DNA of 64,000 nucleotides from Escherichia phage KEP4: sequence record PP047754; one strand, 5' to 3'. Shown piece by piece: positions 1 to 9,981 of this stretch (position 1 is its first letter; each line of letters starts with the position of its first letter). The notes under the pieces were generated by a model. It saw only the letters and a program-made list of their open reading frames with translations, ran no database searches and was not told where the DNA came from. The position numbers and the translations under genes were made by a program.

Positions 1-683
1 AGAGCATCAGTAATACCCAAAGGAAGAAAATCGCTGGCGAGGCTGCGCGTTTCATATTCAGTCTCCGATAATACTTTGTTATAAGAAAAGGAAATGTTGT
101 ACTGATTAAATTGATCGGCGGCGCTTTTATCCAGATCTATAGAACTGAAGTTGATGGGGTGAGCCTCAGTCACATAAACGCGATGAACAACCTGATCTTC
201 TGTATCCATTTGCTCTATACAAATATCGGTCACGAAATCTTCATAATAACCCATCTTGGTTGTGTATGGGTCGAATATCAGATTCTTCCATTTGTCCATG
301 ACCGACTTTTCATAATAATCGTTGGCGAGGAGGAACGACAACTCCAGATCAATGTTCGTCTTGTTGTTCGGCATTTTAATGTGGTTGCCGTTGTTGGTCA
401 TGGGAGTAGTGTCAATCCCTGTACCAGGTAAAGATGCGACCATACACATCATTTGCAGGGAACGAGATGTTTGGTTTGTCCCTCCAAAGAATGCGTTTAC
501 AATACGGGCGCTTTGTTTGAATAAATCGCCGAATGAAGATGACGGATATGCGTTCCCATCATTTGCTAGTGTCGCATTGGAATCAAATATTCCAGGCGGC
601 AACGGAATTGTAACACGAAATCTGTTCTTGCGGGAAATACCCCGTTGAAGCAGTTGCGTTAGAAAATTGCGATAGTCTTCCAC
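1..683 (-). CDS. N-terminal part of a probable late/structural protein; gene runs off the window start
   Basis: Minus-strand frame open from about 683 to position 1 (..YRNFLTQLLQRGISRKNRFRVTIPLPPGIF..ISFSYNKVLSETEY..); absent from ORF track because the stop lies outside the window; no in-frame ATG near the 5' end, possible GTG at 683 with GGAG 8 nt upstream; TATAAATA (T4 late promoter-like) on minus strand at 706-713. Confidence 0.4.
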   Translation of the reverse strand, partial: MEDYRNFLTQLLQRGISRKNRFRVTIPLPPGIFDSNATLANDGNAYPSSSFGDLFKQSARIVNAFFGGTNQTSRSLQMMCMVASLPGTGIDTTPMTNNGNHIKMPNNKTNIDLELSFLLANDYYEKSVMDKWKNLIFDPYTTKMGYYEDFVTDICIEQMDTEDQVVHRVYVTEAHPINFSSIDLDKSAADQFNQYNISFSYNKVLSETEYETRSLASDFLPLGITDA

Positions 684-737
684 GATGAGGACTCCATTTA
701 AATAATATATCTGCTGATATTTATAAGGAGTTGACAA

Positions 738-1442
738 ATGGCCAAGAACGCTATGGGTGAAGAAGACCCGTTGTTGCTTCCTGCCGAGATGGACGCCCCA
801 GAATTGGTCAAGCGTTACATCCGCAAATATCGTCAACATTTTGGGCCGGAAGCGAAGCGTAATATCCGTCGTTCTCATGTGTGGTTTATGGAGCGCGTGT
901 CGAAAGATGCTAACTTATCTCCGAATCACATGATGAAAGCATTCGCTGAAAATAAACGTCCTGTTCAGGGTGTGCGTTATATTGTTGGTCGCATGTATTA
1001 TTTCAAATATGATGCGCTGACTAAAGATGAACTCCCGTATTGGGATATGTATCCTCTGGTGTTCTTCTTCAATTTTGTGAAGGGGGACGGGGTGAAATTC
1101 GGTGAACGTGGTGTGACCTATCTTTATGGCCTAAACCTCCATTATTTACCGCCTAAACTCAGATTGTTGGTATTTGAAGATCTCATTAAATTGAGAAATG
1201 AACGGGCATATCGTTCTAAAACACGTTTGAGACTTACCTGGGATGCGCTAAAGCGGTTTGCGAATCACCCTTTGTACAATCATTGTGTCAAATTATACCG
1301 CGCAGATCAATTTCGTTCACAACTTTATGAAATTGAACCGCAATATTGGGAGGTCGTTTTGTTTATGCGTACTGCTCGATTCCAGAAACAGAGTCAGATG
1401 TCTGTTTGGAAGGACGCACGTCGTAAACACAAAAATGGTTAG
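738..1442 (+). CDS. hypothetical protein (234 aa)
   Basis: ORF with AAGGAG RBS 7 nt upstream of ATG; no recognisable motif. Confidence 0.6.
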   Translation: MAKNAMGEEDPLLLPAEMDAPELVKRYIRKYRQHFGPEAKRNIRRSHVWFMERVSKDANLSPNHMMKAFAENKRPVQGVRYIVGRMYYFKYDALTKDELPYWDMYPLVFFFNFVKGDGVKFGERGVTYLYGLNLHYLPPKLRLLVFEDLIKLRNERAYRSKTRLRLTWDALKRFANHPLYNHCVKLYRADQFRSQLYEIEPQYWEVVLFMRTARFQKQSQMSVWKDARRKHKNG

Positions 1443-1503
1443 TTCTAAAAGCCGTTCTACGTGATAATTCGCGAACGGCTTTCTATAAACATGAGGTTAT
1501 GAT

Positions 1504-2250
1504 ATGTCACAGCTACATCGTATTTTTGGTATTGAATTCAGTTCTAATTGCGTTCGCTATGATCGCACCCATAAAGATTCGGGTGGTAAAACCGGATATG
1601 AACTCGGTAGCCAGTTGGGATATTCCAAGGAACAATTGTTCAATCAGCACAGGCTGAATGAAACGGATCTTCTTAAGGTTATGGGTATTGAACTTGATTC
1701 TGAAGCCAGCTTGGATCTGGGCGACGAAATTCGTTTTGGCAAACCAGAAGCATTGGAATTCATTGAAGACTTCGTTTCTGGTTATACCCAAGCCGCTACG
1801 AACCGCCGCGCTGCTAATGATGCAGTGGGTAAATTCTACTTTGCGGCGAAATATCTTGCCGACAAACGTATACAGATGGAAGCGGAATTCAGTAAAGAAA
1901 ATCTGAAAGCAGTTTTCGGCGAAGAAGGCGATTTCCGTTTAATGCCGGAATCTGGCACTGATTCAGCTCGTGATTTCTTTGAAAAACCATTTGTGGTCAA
2001 AGGCTGTAAAATTCTTACCGACGAAGACCACGCTTTCGCAATCCATACTGAAGTCGTTTACGATGAAGAGAACTGCCTTGTTATTTCCAGATTGTTCAAC
2101 AGTCTGTCATATACAGCGTATTCTTTGATTGAACGTTGTATGGAAGAAGAGCATCGTCAGGTGGTGGTGAACAAAATTCGCTTACACGTTGAGCAGAATT
2201 TTAACGGGTTTGGTTGTGAATCCGGCGAAATCCCTAATTTCTATCTGTAG
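1504..2250 (+). CDS. hypothetical protein (248 aa)
   Basis: ORF with GAGG RBS; tightly spaced after previous gene. Confidence 0.6.
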   Translation: MSQLHRIFGIEFSSNCVRYDRTHKDSGGKTGYELGSQLGYSKEQLFNQHRLNETDLLKVMGIELDSEASLDLGDEIRFGKPEALEFIEDFVSGYTQAATNRRAANDAVGKFYFAAKYLADKRIQMEAEFSKENLKAVFGEEGDFRLMPESGTDSARDFFEKPFVVKGCKILTDEDHAFAIHTEVVYDEENCLVISRLFNSLSYTAYSLIERCMEEEHRQVVVNKIRLHVEQNFNGFGCESGEIPNFYL

Positions 2251-2267
2251 CACAAGCAGGGGGCTGT

Positions 2268-2555
2268 ATGAAGAAATATGTTCGTCTGAACACGGTACTG
2301 GAATCTGTAATCGAATATTTCATAATGCAGCACCTCAGAGCAGAAAATGATCATGTGAGCGATGCTTTGACTTATGACCACCGGATAGTGGTTCATTCCG
2401 TCGAAATAGTGGATGACGAATTGTTGATTGCCAATGTTGAGCATGCTCTCTGGGATGAAGTGTTAGATCAGTATGTTCAACCGAAGTTCACACAGATCGA
2501 GTTATCTGCCATGTGGCCACCTGAAACAGTTTTCAATATTGATATACAAAGTTAA
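2268..2555 (+). CDS. hypothetical protein (95 aa)
   Basis: ORF in operon context. Confidence 0.45.
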   Translation: MKKYVRLNTVLESVIEYFIMQHLRAENDHVSDALTYDHRIVVHSVEIVDDELLIANVEHALWDEVLDQYVQPKFTQIELSAMWPPETVFNIDIQS

Positions 2556-2728
2556 TATTCACGTCAGTCCGCGCTGTTCCAGCGTTCCGTTGTCTAACAC
2601 AGAAGTGTTAACCAACTTTTCAATAAAAAGTGGTTTACATCTTCTAAAAAGGCAGTATATTAATGTTCCAGACGCACAGTTGAACATTAAACTGCCAAAG
2701 AAGGTTACTACACAAAAGGGTTTTTATT

Positions 2729-3688
2729 ATGTCCTATATTCTTCATATCGAGTCCGGCCTGAAATTTGAAATTGATGGTAAAACCGCTGCTGATCTTCAA
2801 GCAGAAATCAAAGGTGCAGACCTTATCATCGGCAACGTCACGTTACGCCGTATGATGGAAGGCGTCCTCCAGTCAGCCAATGGCTTTGAACTCATCGAAG
2901 GTCTGAGCCAGGAAGAGAAAGAAGAGACTCTCGAAGCTCTTGACCGCGCTGAAGCCGAAAAAGTTAAACCGACCGAAGATGCGGGGGTTAAACAGGGCGA
3001 CGGTGAATCAAATCCGGTGATTGACGCCGAAGAAACGGTTGGGCAACCTGTCGGTGATCAAAATTCCCAGACCGTCGAAGACGGTTCTCTTGAAGTCAAC
3101 AAAGACGGTTCCATTTCCCTGGTAGTTGAAGGCGAAGAAGTTCTTGACGAAGAAGCGCAAGCCCGTGCTGAAGAAGTTCGCCGTCGTATGCTGGGCACAA
3201 CCGTTGCTGAAGCAATCGCCGACGTTGAAAATCCGAAGGATGATCAGGCTTTAGCGAACGCGAAGGCGGTTCTGGCCAAGAAATCTTCTGAAATGCGTCC
3301 TGCGTCTTCTACTGAAGAACGCAAGCGGCGTCATAACAAGCGTGAAGAAATGGTTGAAGCGGCTCGCGCATCCAATTATGGTCCTATCCTGGCTGCGGTT
3401 GAATCAGGGGTTGTGCCTGGGGTTTATTTGAGCTATGTGAATCCGGATATGCGCTGGTTCCAGTTCCCTGTTACCGAACTGGCAGATGAAGCCAATCCAC
3501 ACGCCCGCACCAATACTTATGTTGATCTGGCGCCAATCGTTTCCGGTGGCTGGGGGTTCAGTCTGTATGTGAATGGTAAATCATTCACCAAACGCCAGAA
3601 AATCAAAGAAACCGATGCCGAATCTCTGGTGAAAGCAATCAATGAATGGTTGCCTCAGGCGTTGGCCGAAGCGAAAGCTGCTGCGTAA
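2729..3688 (+). CDS. hypothetical acidic protein (319 aa)
   Basis: Long ORF, D/E-rich central region, followed by terminator hairpin. Confidence 0.6.
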   Translation: MSYILHIESGLKFEIDGKTAADLQAEIKGADLIIGNVTLRRMMEGVLQSANGFELIEGLSQEEKEETLEALDRAEAEKVKPTEDAGVKQGDGESNPVIDAEETVGQPVGDQNSQTVEDGSLEVNKDGSISLVVEGEEVLDEEAQARAEEVRRRMLGTTVAEAIADVENPKDDQALANAKAVLAKKSSEMRPASSTEERKRRHNKREEMVEAARASNYGPILAAVESGVVPGVYLSYVNPDMRWFQFPVTELADEANPHARTNTYVDLAPIVSGGWGFSLYVNGKSFTKRQKIKETDAESLVKAINEWLPQALAEAKAAA

Positions 3689-3716
3689 TTTAACTCAGAA
3701 GCATTCAATAGATGAA

Positions 3717-3747
3717 GGGGCTGCTATAATAGCAGCTCCTTTTGTTT
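3717..3747 (+). terminator. rho-independent terminator-like hairpin
   Basis: GC-rich inverted repeat GGGGCTGCTAT..ATAGCAGCTCC followed by TTTTGTTTATT. Confidence 0.5.
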
Positions 3748-3748
3748 A

Positions 3749-4423
3749 TTGGAGCATGTCATGTCTTATTCGCTCAAAGGGTTGTTGAAGCGCCCCGTAC
3801 ATCTGTTTGTAAAACCACCTGCTGTCGAAGGGGAATATCCGGCACGAGGAGAGTTGTATTACGTTAAAGGCTCCAACGGTAGCGGCAAGTCCACTGTCCC
3901 TTCCTATCTGGCGGAGAATGATCCTCAGGCGTATGTCGTGACCTACAATGGTAAGATCATGCTCACAGTTTGCCCTTCCTATAACATTATCTGTATTGGT
4001 AAATATGACAAGTCTAAGTCTAAAGGTGTTGATTCCCTGAAAGATACCGAGCAGATGTTGTTCGCCTTGTCCATTGCTGATCAGCCGGAATATCTGAAAT
4101 ATGATGTGATTTTCGAAGGCATCATTCCGTCTACATTATTGAGTTCTTGGATTCCCCGCCTGACACGCCCACCACGTGAATTGGTCGTCCTCTTTATGGA
4201 TACCCCTCTTGAAACCTGTATTGCCCGTGTTAAATCGCGTAACGGTGGCGCAGACTTCAATGAAAGTCTGGTGGTCGAGAAGTGGGAGAGAGTTCATGAT
4301 CACCGTCAACGGCATAAAGGCTTGTTCCCTACCGTTCCCGCAGGTATGATGAAGTCCGATGGCCTGACTGTAGAGCAGGCTGTTTTTGCGTTTCTCAATC
4401 GTGATTTTGGGAGTATTGATTGA
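3749..4423 (+). CDS. P-loop NTPase / nucleotide kinase-like protein
   Basis: Walker A GSNGSGKST near N-terminus; 4-nt overlap with downstream TS-family gene. Confidence 0.55.
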   Translation: MEHVMSYSLKGLLKRPVHLFVKPPAVEGEYPARGELYYVKGSNGSGKSTVPSYLAENDPQAYVVTYNGKIMLTVCPSYNIICIGKYDKSKSKGVDSLKDTEQMLFALSIADQPEYLKYDVIFEGIIPSTLLSSWIPRLTRPPRELVVLFMDTPLETCIARVKSRNGGADFNESLVVEKWERVHDHRQRHKGLFPTVPAGMMKSDGLTVEQAVFAFLNRDFGSID

Positions 4424-5463
4424 TGGAAATTTTTGCTCTAAATAATAATGACATGCTCAAGAAAGCTGTGTTGGCTATCCGTGAACACGGGATTGAGTCA
4501 GATCCTGGCAACGCAGAGATTAACACTGACGGGACTCGTTTTATTGATGGCGTGACGATTACGGTGGCTGATCCTCGAGATCGTTGGTTATCTGTTGAAG
4601 GTCGTAATTCATCTGCGCTTGCTGCGATTGGTGAAACATTCTGGGTTCTGTCAGGCCGCAATGACATCCGTTTCCTTTCCCGAGTCCTCCCTCGTGCGGT
4701 CAACTTCTCGGATGATGGCGTAACGTGGCGTGGTGCTTACGGACCACGTCTGTACAACTATGGCCAGCTGGATAGTGTTATCAACCGTTTGCGCAATAAC
4801 CCCAACACCCGTCAGGCGTATCTCACCATCTATGATCCAGCTCTGGACTCAGATGAAAGTTTGGCCGCGCATAGTGAAACAGGAGAAGCCAAGACTAAAG
4901 ACATGATCTGTAATCTGGCTTTATTGTTCAGTATAACAGAAGGGCGGTTGAACATCACGGTCATCAATCGAAGTCAGGATGTCCTCTGGGGTATGAGTTC
5001 AATCAACTTCATTGAATTCTCCATTTTGCAGGAAGTATTGGCGAAGGTGCTGAACGTGGAAGTCGGGAATTATAAACTGTTCTCGAATAACCTTCACTAT
5101 TACAACAACGAAGTCAGTCGGAAGCAACTCGGGAACATAACCAACAAGACCCGAACTTCTACGGGTATGTACAATTCGTTGTTGGAATTCTCTTCGGAAA
5201 AGGTGAAATGTCAAGAAAACATCCAAAATCTGTTCCTCGGTGTACTTCATCACTGTGACATTGGCAGTGAATTTGGTAAAATCAGAGAGCATTTGAAGGA
5301 ATATAACGCAGATACAGGTTTGATGATGGATATGTCATATTGTCTGTGGTGTCGTCTTAATGATACCAAAATTGATAAACGTCGGATTGCTGATGATGGT
5401 CTTCGTAATGCGTTGTTACAATCACCCGTTGACCGTAAACACATGTGGGGGTATGGGGAATGA
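4420..5463 (+). CDS. thymidylate synthase-family pyrimidine (hydroxy)methylase, 347 aa with C-terminal extension
   Basis: TS-fold motifs: nucleophile Cys in DMICNLALLF, RQAYLTIYDP, NRSQDVLWG..SINF with Asn at the base-specifying position (uracil-type). Confidence 0.7.
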   Translation: MMEIFALNNNDMLKKAVLAIREHGIESDPGNAEINTDGTRFIDGVTITVADPRDRWLSVEGRNSSALAAIGETFWVLSGRNDIRFLSRVLPRAVNFSDDGVTWRGAYGPRLYNYGQLDSVINRLRNNPNTRQAYLTIYDPALDSDESLAAHSETGEAKTKDMICNLALLFSITEGRLNITVINRSQDVLWGMSSINFIEFSILQEVLAKVLNVEVGNYKLFSNNLHYYNNEVSRKQLGNITNKTRTSTGMYNSLLEFSSEKVKCQENIQNLFLGVLHHCDIGSEFGKIREHLKEYNADTGLMMDMSYCLWCRLNDTKIDKRRIADDGLRNALLQSPVDRKHMWGYGE

Positions 5464-6029
5464 AATACCCTAATTTGGAATTCTTTACGGGGCGCAAGCG
5501 CTCCGGTAAGGACTTCTGTTTGGAGTCCCTCATCAGCTATCACCATTTACAGGGTGATATGGACATCCAGCGCTTATCTTTCTCAGACGAGTTGCGTCGG
5601 GTGGCTCATTACATCTATCCTTGGTTGCCAGAGGAAGTAGAGGACGATATCAAGGACTTGCCATATGTTCACCCAGATAACCCCAAGGGATTAACCCCAA
5701 GGCAGATCTGGCTTCATCTCGGCAGCGATACGGGGCTTCGTTATGTCCAACCGGATCTGTTTTTGTCTTTCTTTAAGCGTTACCAACTCCCATTAGTTGA
5801 ACAGAATCCTAACATTCATTATATTGTGAGTGATCTACGGACGCCTCAAGAATATGAATGGGCGCTGAGCACTAAATGTCCCATCACCCGCATTTCAAAG
5901 GCAGATCGCGGCGGTATCATAGAGGACGACATAGAGGCTTTCATTGATGAGATGAAAGTTGATTATGAATTTGTTAACCCATTTGAAGGTTGGCAACCAT
6001 TCGTCAAATTTTATAGGGATCGGAAATGA
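5445..6029 (+). CDS. deoxynucleoside monophosphate kinase (T4 gp1-like)
   Basis: N-terminal FFTGRKRSGKDF matches T4 gp1 P-loop FLSGVKRSGKDT; size 194 aa. Confidence 0.6.
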   Translation: MGVWGMKYPNLEFFTGRKRSGKDFCLESLISYHHLQGDMDIQRLSFSDELRRVAHYIYPWLPEEVEDDIKDLPYVHPDNPKGLTPRQIWLHLGSDTGLRYVQPDLFLSFFKRYQLPLVEQNPNIHYIVSDLRTPQEYEWALSTKCPITRISKADRGGIIEDDIEAFIDEMKVDYEFVNPFEGWQPFVKFYRDRK

Positions 6030-6580
6030 TCACAGCAGAGCATATCAAAAGTCTGCTCGAACTTCAAAAGGCCACCAACGTGGCCTATTTTGGGGAAGAG
6101 TGGAAAAGCGTTTGGAACCAGAACGCTGTTGTTAATTCCATTTATCGTGAGTGGGCTGAATTCTTGGATGAAACAACAACCGACTGGAAGGTCTATGGAA
6201 ACGATATCGGGTTTGATCGTACGAATGCAGTTTATGAACTGGTGGACGTGGTTCACTTCATGCTGTGCTTTGTTCTATTGGACCGCACCAAAGGTGAGAT
6301 CGAAGAAGAATTTGAAATCCTTGATGGCCGCGAATTTACTCCACCTGCTTTGGGTTCTGTTGGACACCGAGGTGTGACGTACCGCCTTGGGCAGTTCATG
6401 AACGATCCTTGTGTTGAGACTCTAATGTTCTTCCTGTCGTCTGCGTGCTCTTATATGGAGGTCGACACCGAAACCTATATGCTGGCCCACAAGCGCAAGA
6501 ACGATCGCAATCGTCTACGTGCTGCTGGCGGTGCGAACTATGACAAGTCTGCCGAAACCCCTCTGACTCTGGAGTTCTAA
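6026..6580 (+). CDS. MazG-like all-alpha NTP pyrophosphatase (dCTPase/dUTPase, gp56-like)
   Basis: EWAEFLDE-type acidic helix motifs, 184 aa, position inside nucleotide module. Confidence 0.45.
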   Translation: MITAEHIKSLLELQKATNVAYFGEEWKSVWNQNAVVNSIYREWAEFLDETTTDWKVYGNDIGFDRTNAVYELVDVVHFMLCFVLLDRTKGEIEEEFEILDGREFTPPALGSVGHRGVTYRLGQFMNDPCVETLMFFLSSACSYMEVDTETYMLAHKRKNDRNRLRAAGGANYDKSAETPLTLEF

Positions 6581-7110
6581 TGTTTACAGTTGTCGTATCA
6601 TATTATGCGGAACATGCCCCGTACATGGCAGAGAACTTCGCTGAGTTTATTAAACCAGGCGGTCATGTCGTTATTGCGACCAATTTCAAGAAAGAGCCAG
6701 ATGGTGCGGCTACTGTAACACAACATATTACAACCAAAGAGCCGGAAACACTTTTTAAACGCATTGAAGATTTTGCTTTTGGCGGGGAAGAAATTCCAGA
6801 GTCATTACAGCATATCTATTTTGAAGATGCGATATATTATGTTCATGCTATACCAAAAGATGTTACAACCGAACAACTAATGTATGTTTTGAATATTGCG
6901 TTAAATTTGTCATGTGTCAATAGGGCACAGCATAATCGTCTGCGCAATATGTATTTAACAGAACGCGGGGGTTCCGGAATCAGTGATGAAAAACTCCCGT
7001 CGGTAATGGCAATTCAAGAAGCAATTAACATATTGTCCAAGAAAGTCTTGGGCACCGATTTATTAATCACGATCAACAAGCAAGAGGAAACGAAATGGCC
7101 GATTCATTGA
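6580..7110 (+). CDS. hypothetical protein (176 aa)
   Basis: ORF, start overlaps previous stop (ATGA-type coupling). Confidence 0.5.
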   Translation: MFTVVVSYYAEHAPYMAENFAEFIKPGGHVVIATNFKKEPDGAATVTQHITTKEPETLFKRIEDFAFGGEEIPESLQHIYFEDAIYYVHAIPKDVTTEQLMYVLNIALNLSCVNRAQHNRLRNMYLTERGGSGISDEKLPSVMAIQEAINILSKKVLGTDLLITINKQEETKWPIH

Positions 7111-8180
7111 TGGCTCGCATGCTCAAGACAGCAAAGAAATTGGATCCGAATGCCGAAGTGCTGTCTAAAACCGATGCGCTGAAGCCTGATATTATTTGTA
7201 GCACGGGTATTCCTATCCTGAATTTGGCCTGGTCTGGTCGTATTGATGGTGGGCTGATATCTGGTATTAAGCAGTTGGTGGGTGATTCTCGTACATTCAA
7301 AACCATGTTTGGTCTGGTAGATGTCAAGGCTTACATGGACAAGTTTCCCGACGCAATTTGTATCTTCGCGGATTCGGAAGGCGGCGCGAATGAAAACTAT
7401 TGGACGTCCATGGGTATCGACATGGATCGTGTTTTATATCTGCCGATCGAAAACGTTGAAAAGACGAAGATCAAGCTGACTCAACTTCTGAATGATGCCC
7501 AAAAAGGCGATAAAATCATCGTCTTTATTGACTCAATCAGCCAGTTGCCGTCTACCAAAGAAGTGGATGACGCCATCGCGGGTAAAGATACACAAGATAT
7601 GACCCGCGCTCGTGCTCTCAATAGTTTTTGGCGTGTCATCACTCCGTTGGTCACTGAAAAGAAATTCGTTTTGGTGTGGATCAACTCTTATTATGATGAA
7701 ATCGGGAACCAGTATGCCGAACCAAATATCAAAGGCGGTAAGCAAGGTTTCCTATCATCTAACCAATTGTGGTTCATCACCCGTTCTCAAGTTAAGGAAG
7801 ACAAAGATCTTCTGGGTTGGCAATTCACTGTTAACATCATGAAAGGCCGCTTTGTTCGTGAAAAAGCCAAGTTCCCTGTGACGGTATTGTATGAAGGCGG
7901 TATTGACCGTTGGTCTGGCATGTTGGAAATTGCACGCATGCTGGGATATGTTGATCTGGTGAGCGGTTCCTGGTATCAGCGTACAGCCAAAGGCGGGTTT
8001 GATCCAGAGAAAGAGAAGAAATATCGCAAGTCAGAGCTGGGGGATGACTTCTGGTATCCACTGCTGGAAAACCCAGATTTTGTTGACGATGTAAACAATA
8101 TGTTCGGTATCTCTCAGAGTTCGGTTATGCCTGCAGATATGCTGGAGCGTCTCGATCATGTCATCAAAACAACCGAGTAA
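7095..8180 (+). CDS. uvsX: UvsX RecA-like recombinase
   Basis: Collinear similarity to T4 UvsX: Walker A GDSRTFKT, FIDSISQL, DMTRARAL, LGWQF; 361 aa. Confidence 0.9.
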   Translation: MADSLMARMLKTAKKLDPNAEVLSKTDALKPDIICSTGIPILNLAWSGRIDGGLISGIKQLVGDSRTFKTMFGLVDVKAYMDKFPDAICIFADSEGGANENYWTSMGIDMDRVLYLPIENVEKTKIKLTQLLNDAQKGDKIIVFIDSISQLPSTKEVDDAIAGKDTQDMTRARALNSFWRVITPLVTEKKFVLVWINSYYDEIGNQYAEPNIKGGKQGFLSSNQLWFITRSQVKEDKDLLGWQFTVNIMKGRFVREKAKFPVTVLYEGGIDRWSGMLEIARMLGYVDLVSGSWYQRTAKGGFDPEKEKKYRKSELGDDFWYPLLENPDFVDDVNNMFGISQSSVMPADMLERLDHVIKTTE

Positions 8181-8487
8181 TATTGCAGGGGGAGGAGACT
8201 CCCCCGTTAATTACAAAATCATCGACCCTGGTTCTGATCAGTTAGCTATTATCGAAATAACGGAAGGCAAGTTCCGCGGTGTTCAATTTCGTATAGGAAA
8301 AGTGGGTGTCCATGTAGACAATGGAGAACCTCGGTTATCCTTTACGACGGATATATTGAAGAAACCATGGCGTTTGTTATTTGTTAATTTGAAAGAAAAT
8401 GACTTGTTCACTGTGGTGTCTGGGGATATCTTAGTTGATCTGATACAGCAAAATGCTCAGGATTACAACAAAATTTTGGTGGGGTAG
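8158..8487 (+). CDS. small protein at the position of T4 gene 40
   Basis: 109-aa ORF between uvsX and helicase, as gene 40 in T4; no motif. Confidence 0.4.
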   Translation: MSSKQPSNIAGGGDSPVNYKIIDPGSDQLAIIEITEGKFRGVQFRIGKVGVHVDNGEPRLSFTTDILKKPWRLLFVNLKENDLFTVVSGDILVDLIQQNAQDYNKILVG

Positions 8488-9918
8488 TTGCCAATGTTAC
8501 TCGAATCTGTCGTGCTTTCCCAATTAATCTATAACGAAGAATATCAAAGAAAGATCCAGCCGTATTTGAAAGCCGATTATTTCGATAACGAAGGCGAGAA
8601 AATTATATTCGGTCTCATTGACCATTACACTTGCGAATATAATGCTCGTCCTTCGGTTGAAGCGTTGTCTATTATGCTGGAAAAGACTTCGCTCAACGAA
8701 CACGTATTTGAACAAGCTATTTCTGCTCTTGAGAATATCAATGACAACACATTCCATCAGGAATGGCTTGTAAAAGAAACAGAAAGTTGGGCGCGGCAGA
8801 AAGCTGTTCATAATGCGATCAAACACGCCGTCAACATCTATGGTGATGAGAAACGTAAAGATGAGATGAACACGATTCCAACTCTCCTACAAGAGGCGTT
8901 GGCGATAAGTTTTGATTCTTATCTTGGCCATATCTATTGGGAAATGGCTGAACAACAATACGACCACATGAACTCTAATGAAGCGAAGATTCCTTTCGCT
9001 GTAGAGATATTCAACAAAGCGACTCGTGGTGGTGTTGGTAAGAAAACGCTGAACATCGTGACGGGTGCAATTAATGCGGGTAAGACAACAACTCTGATTG
9101 ATTTGGCTGCTGGTTACTCCGAGCAAGGGTTGAACGTATTCGTATTCACCCTAGAAGTGGCTGAGAACGTCTGGCGTCACCGCCTTGATGCCCGTATGAT
9201 GCGCAGGGACTTCGAGTCCTTAGAGAAGCTCTCACGACATGAATATGTCGCTACGATACAAAAGTTGCGAACTCGTCAAGACGGTTCCATGAAGGGTGAT
9301 ATTGTTATCAAGGAATATCCTTCAGGCGCTGGGCATACAGGACTGTATCGCCGCGATATTCTTGATTACGCGACATCCACGGGAATTACGCCGGACGTCA
9401 TTATTATAGACTACTTGGGTGAATCAGCGTCTTCTCGTCTTCCTGCTCATTTAATGCAGAACACCAACGTGTATTATACTTCGGTGGCGCGTGAATTCCG
9501 TGCGCTTGGATTTGAATTTGATTGCCCTGTATGGACAGGTATGCAATTTAACCGTGAAAAACAATCGGCGACTGATGGTGATATTAGCGACCTGGCAGAT
9601 GCTATCGGTATTCCGAAGGTTGCAGACTTCATCATGGCGTTCTATGCTCCTGATGAACTGGCGGCTGTTAAGAAAGCCAGAGCATCAATCTTGAAAAATC
9701 GTTATGCCAACAAGCAGAAACTCAAATCATTCTTGTTTGGTATGGACCAAGATAAACAGATCTTGTTCGACTTGGACTGGAATGAAGTCAAACGAGACCT
9801 GACTGATGAAGAAGCCCGTTATGTTGAGAATGTTCATATCAAACATGACTTAAACAAAACAGGCGACTCGAATGATGTCAAGAAAGCCGAGACCGTGAAT
9901 AATTGGAATTTCGGTTAA
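8488..9918 (+). CDS. replicative DNA helicase (T4 gp41 / DnaB family)
   Basis: Walker A GAINAGKTT, DnaB-like C-terminal RecA fold, 476 aa, downstream of uvsX as in T4. Confidence 0.85.
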   Translation: MPMLLESVVLSQLIYNEEYQRKIQPYLKADYFDNEGEKIIFGLIDHYTCEYNARPSVEALSIMLEKTSLNEHVFEQAISALENINDNTFHQEWLVKETESWARQKAVHNAIKHAVNIYGDEKRKDEMNTIPTLLQEALAISFDSYLGHIYWEMAEQQYDHMNSNEAKIPFAVEIFNKATRGGVGKKTLNIVTGAINAGKTTTLIDLAAGYSEQGLNVFVFTLEVAENVWRHRLDARMMRRDFESLEKLSRHEYVATIQKLRTRQDGSMKGDIVIKEYPSGAGHTGLYRRDILDYATSTGITPDVIIIDYLGESASSRLPAHLMQNTNVYYTSVAREFRALGFEFDCPVWTGMQFNREKQSATDGDISDLADAIGIPKVADFIMAFYAPDELAAVKKARASILKNRYANKQKLKSFLFGMDQDKQILFDLDWNEVKRDLTDEEARYVENVHIKHDLNKTGDSNDVKKAETVNNWNFG

Positions 9919-9919
9919 C

Positions 9920-9948
9920 TTCAATAATGGTGGTCATAGGGTATAATC
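9920..9948 (+). promoter_or_regulatory. candidate sigma70-like early promoter
   Basis: TTCAAT, 17-nt spacer, TATAAT upstream of ORF 9982. Confidence 0.3.
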
Positions 9949-9981
9949 TCTATGATCTGAATATTAACCCAGGAGCACATC

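Noticed and set aside
111-648. Plus-strand ORFs 111..431 and 322..648
   Set aside because: Antisense to a long open minus-strand frame that reads as a genuine protein; translations look like reverse-strand artefacts
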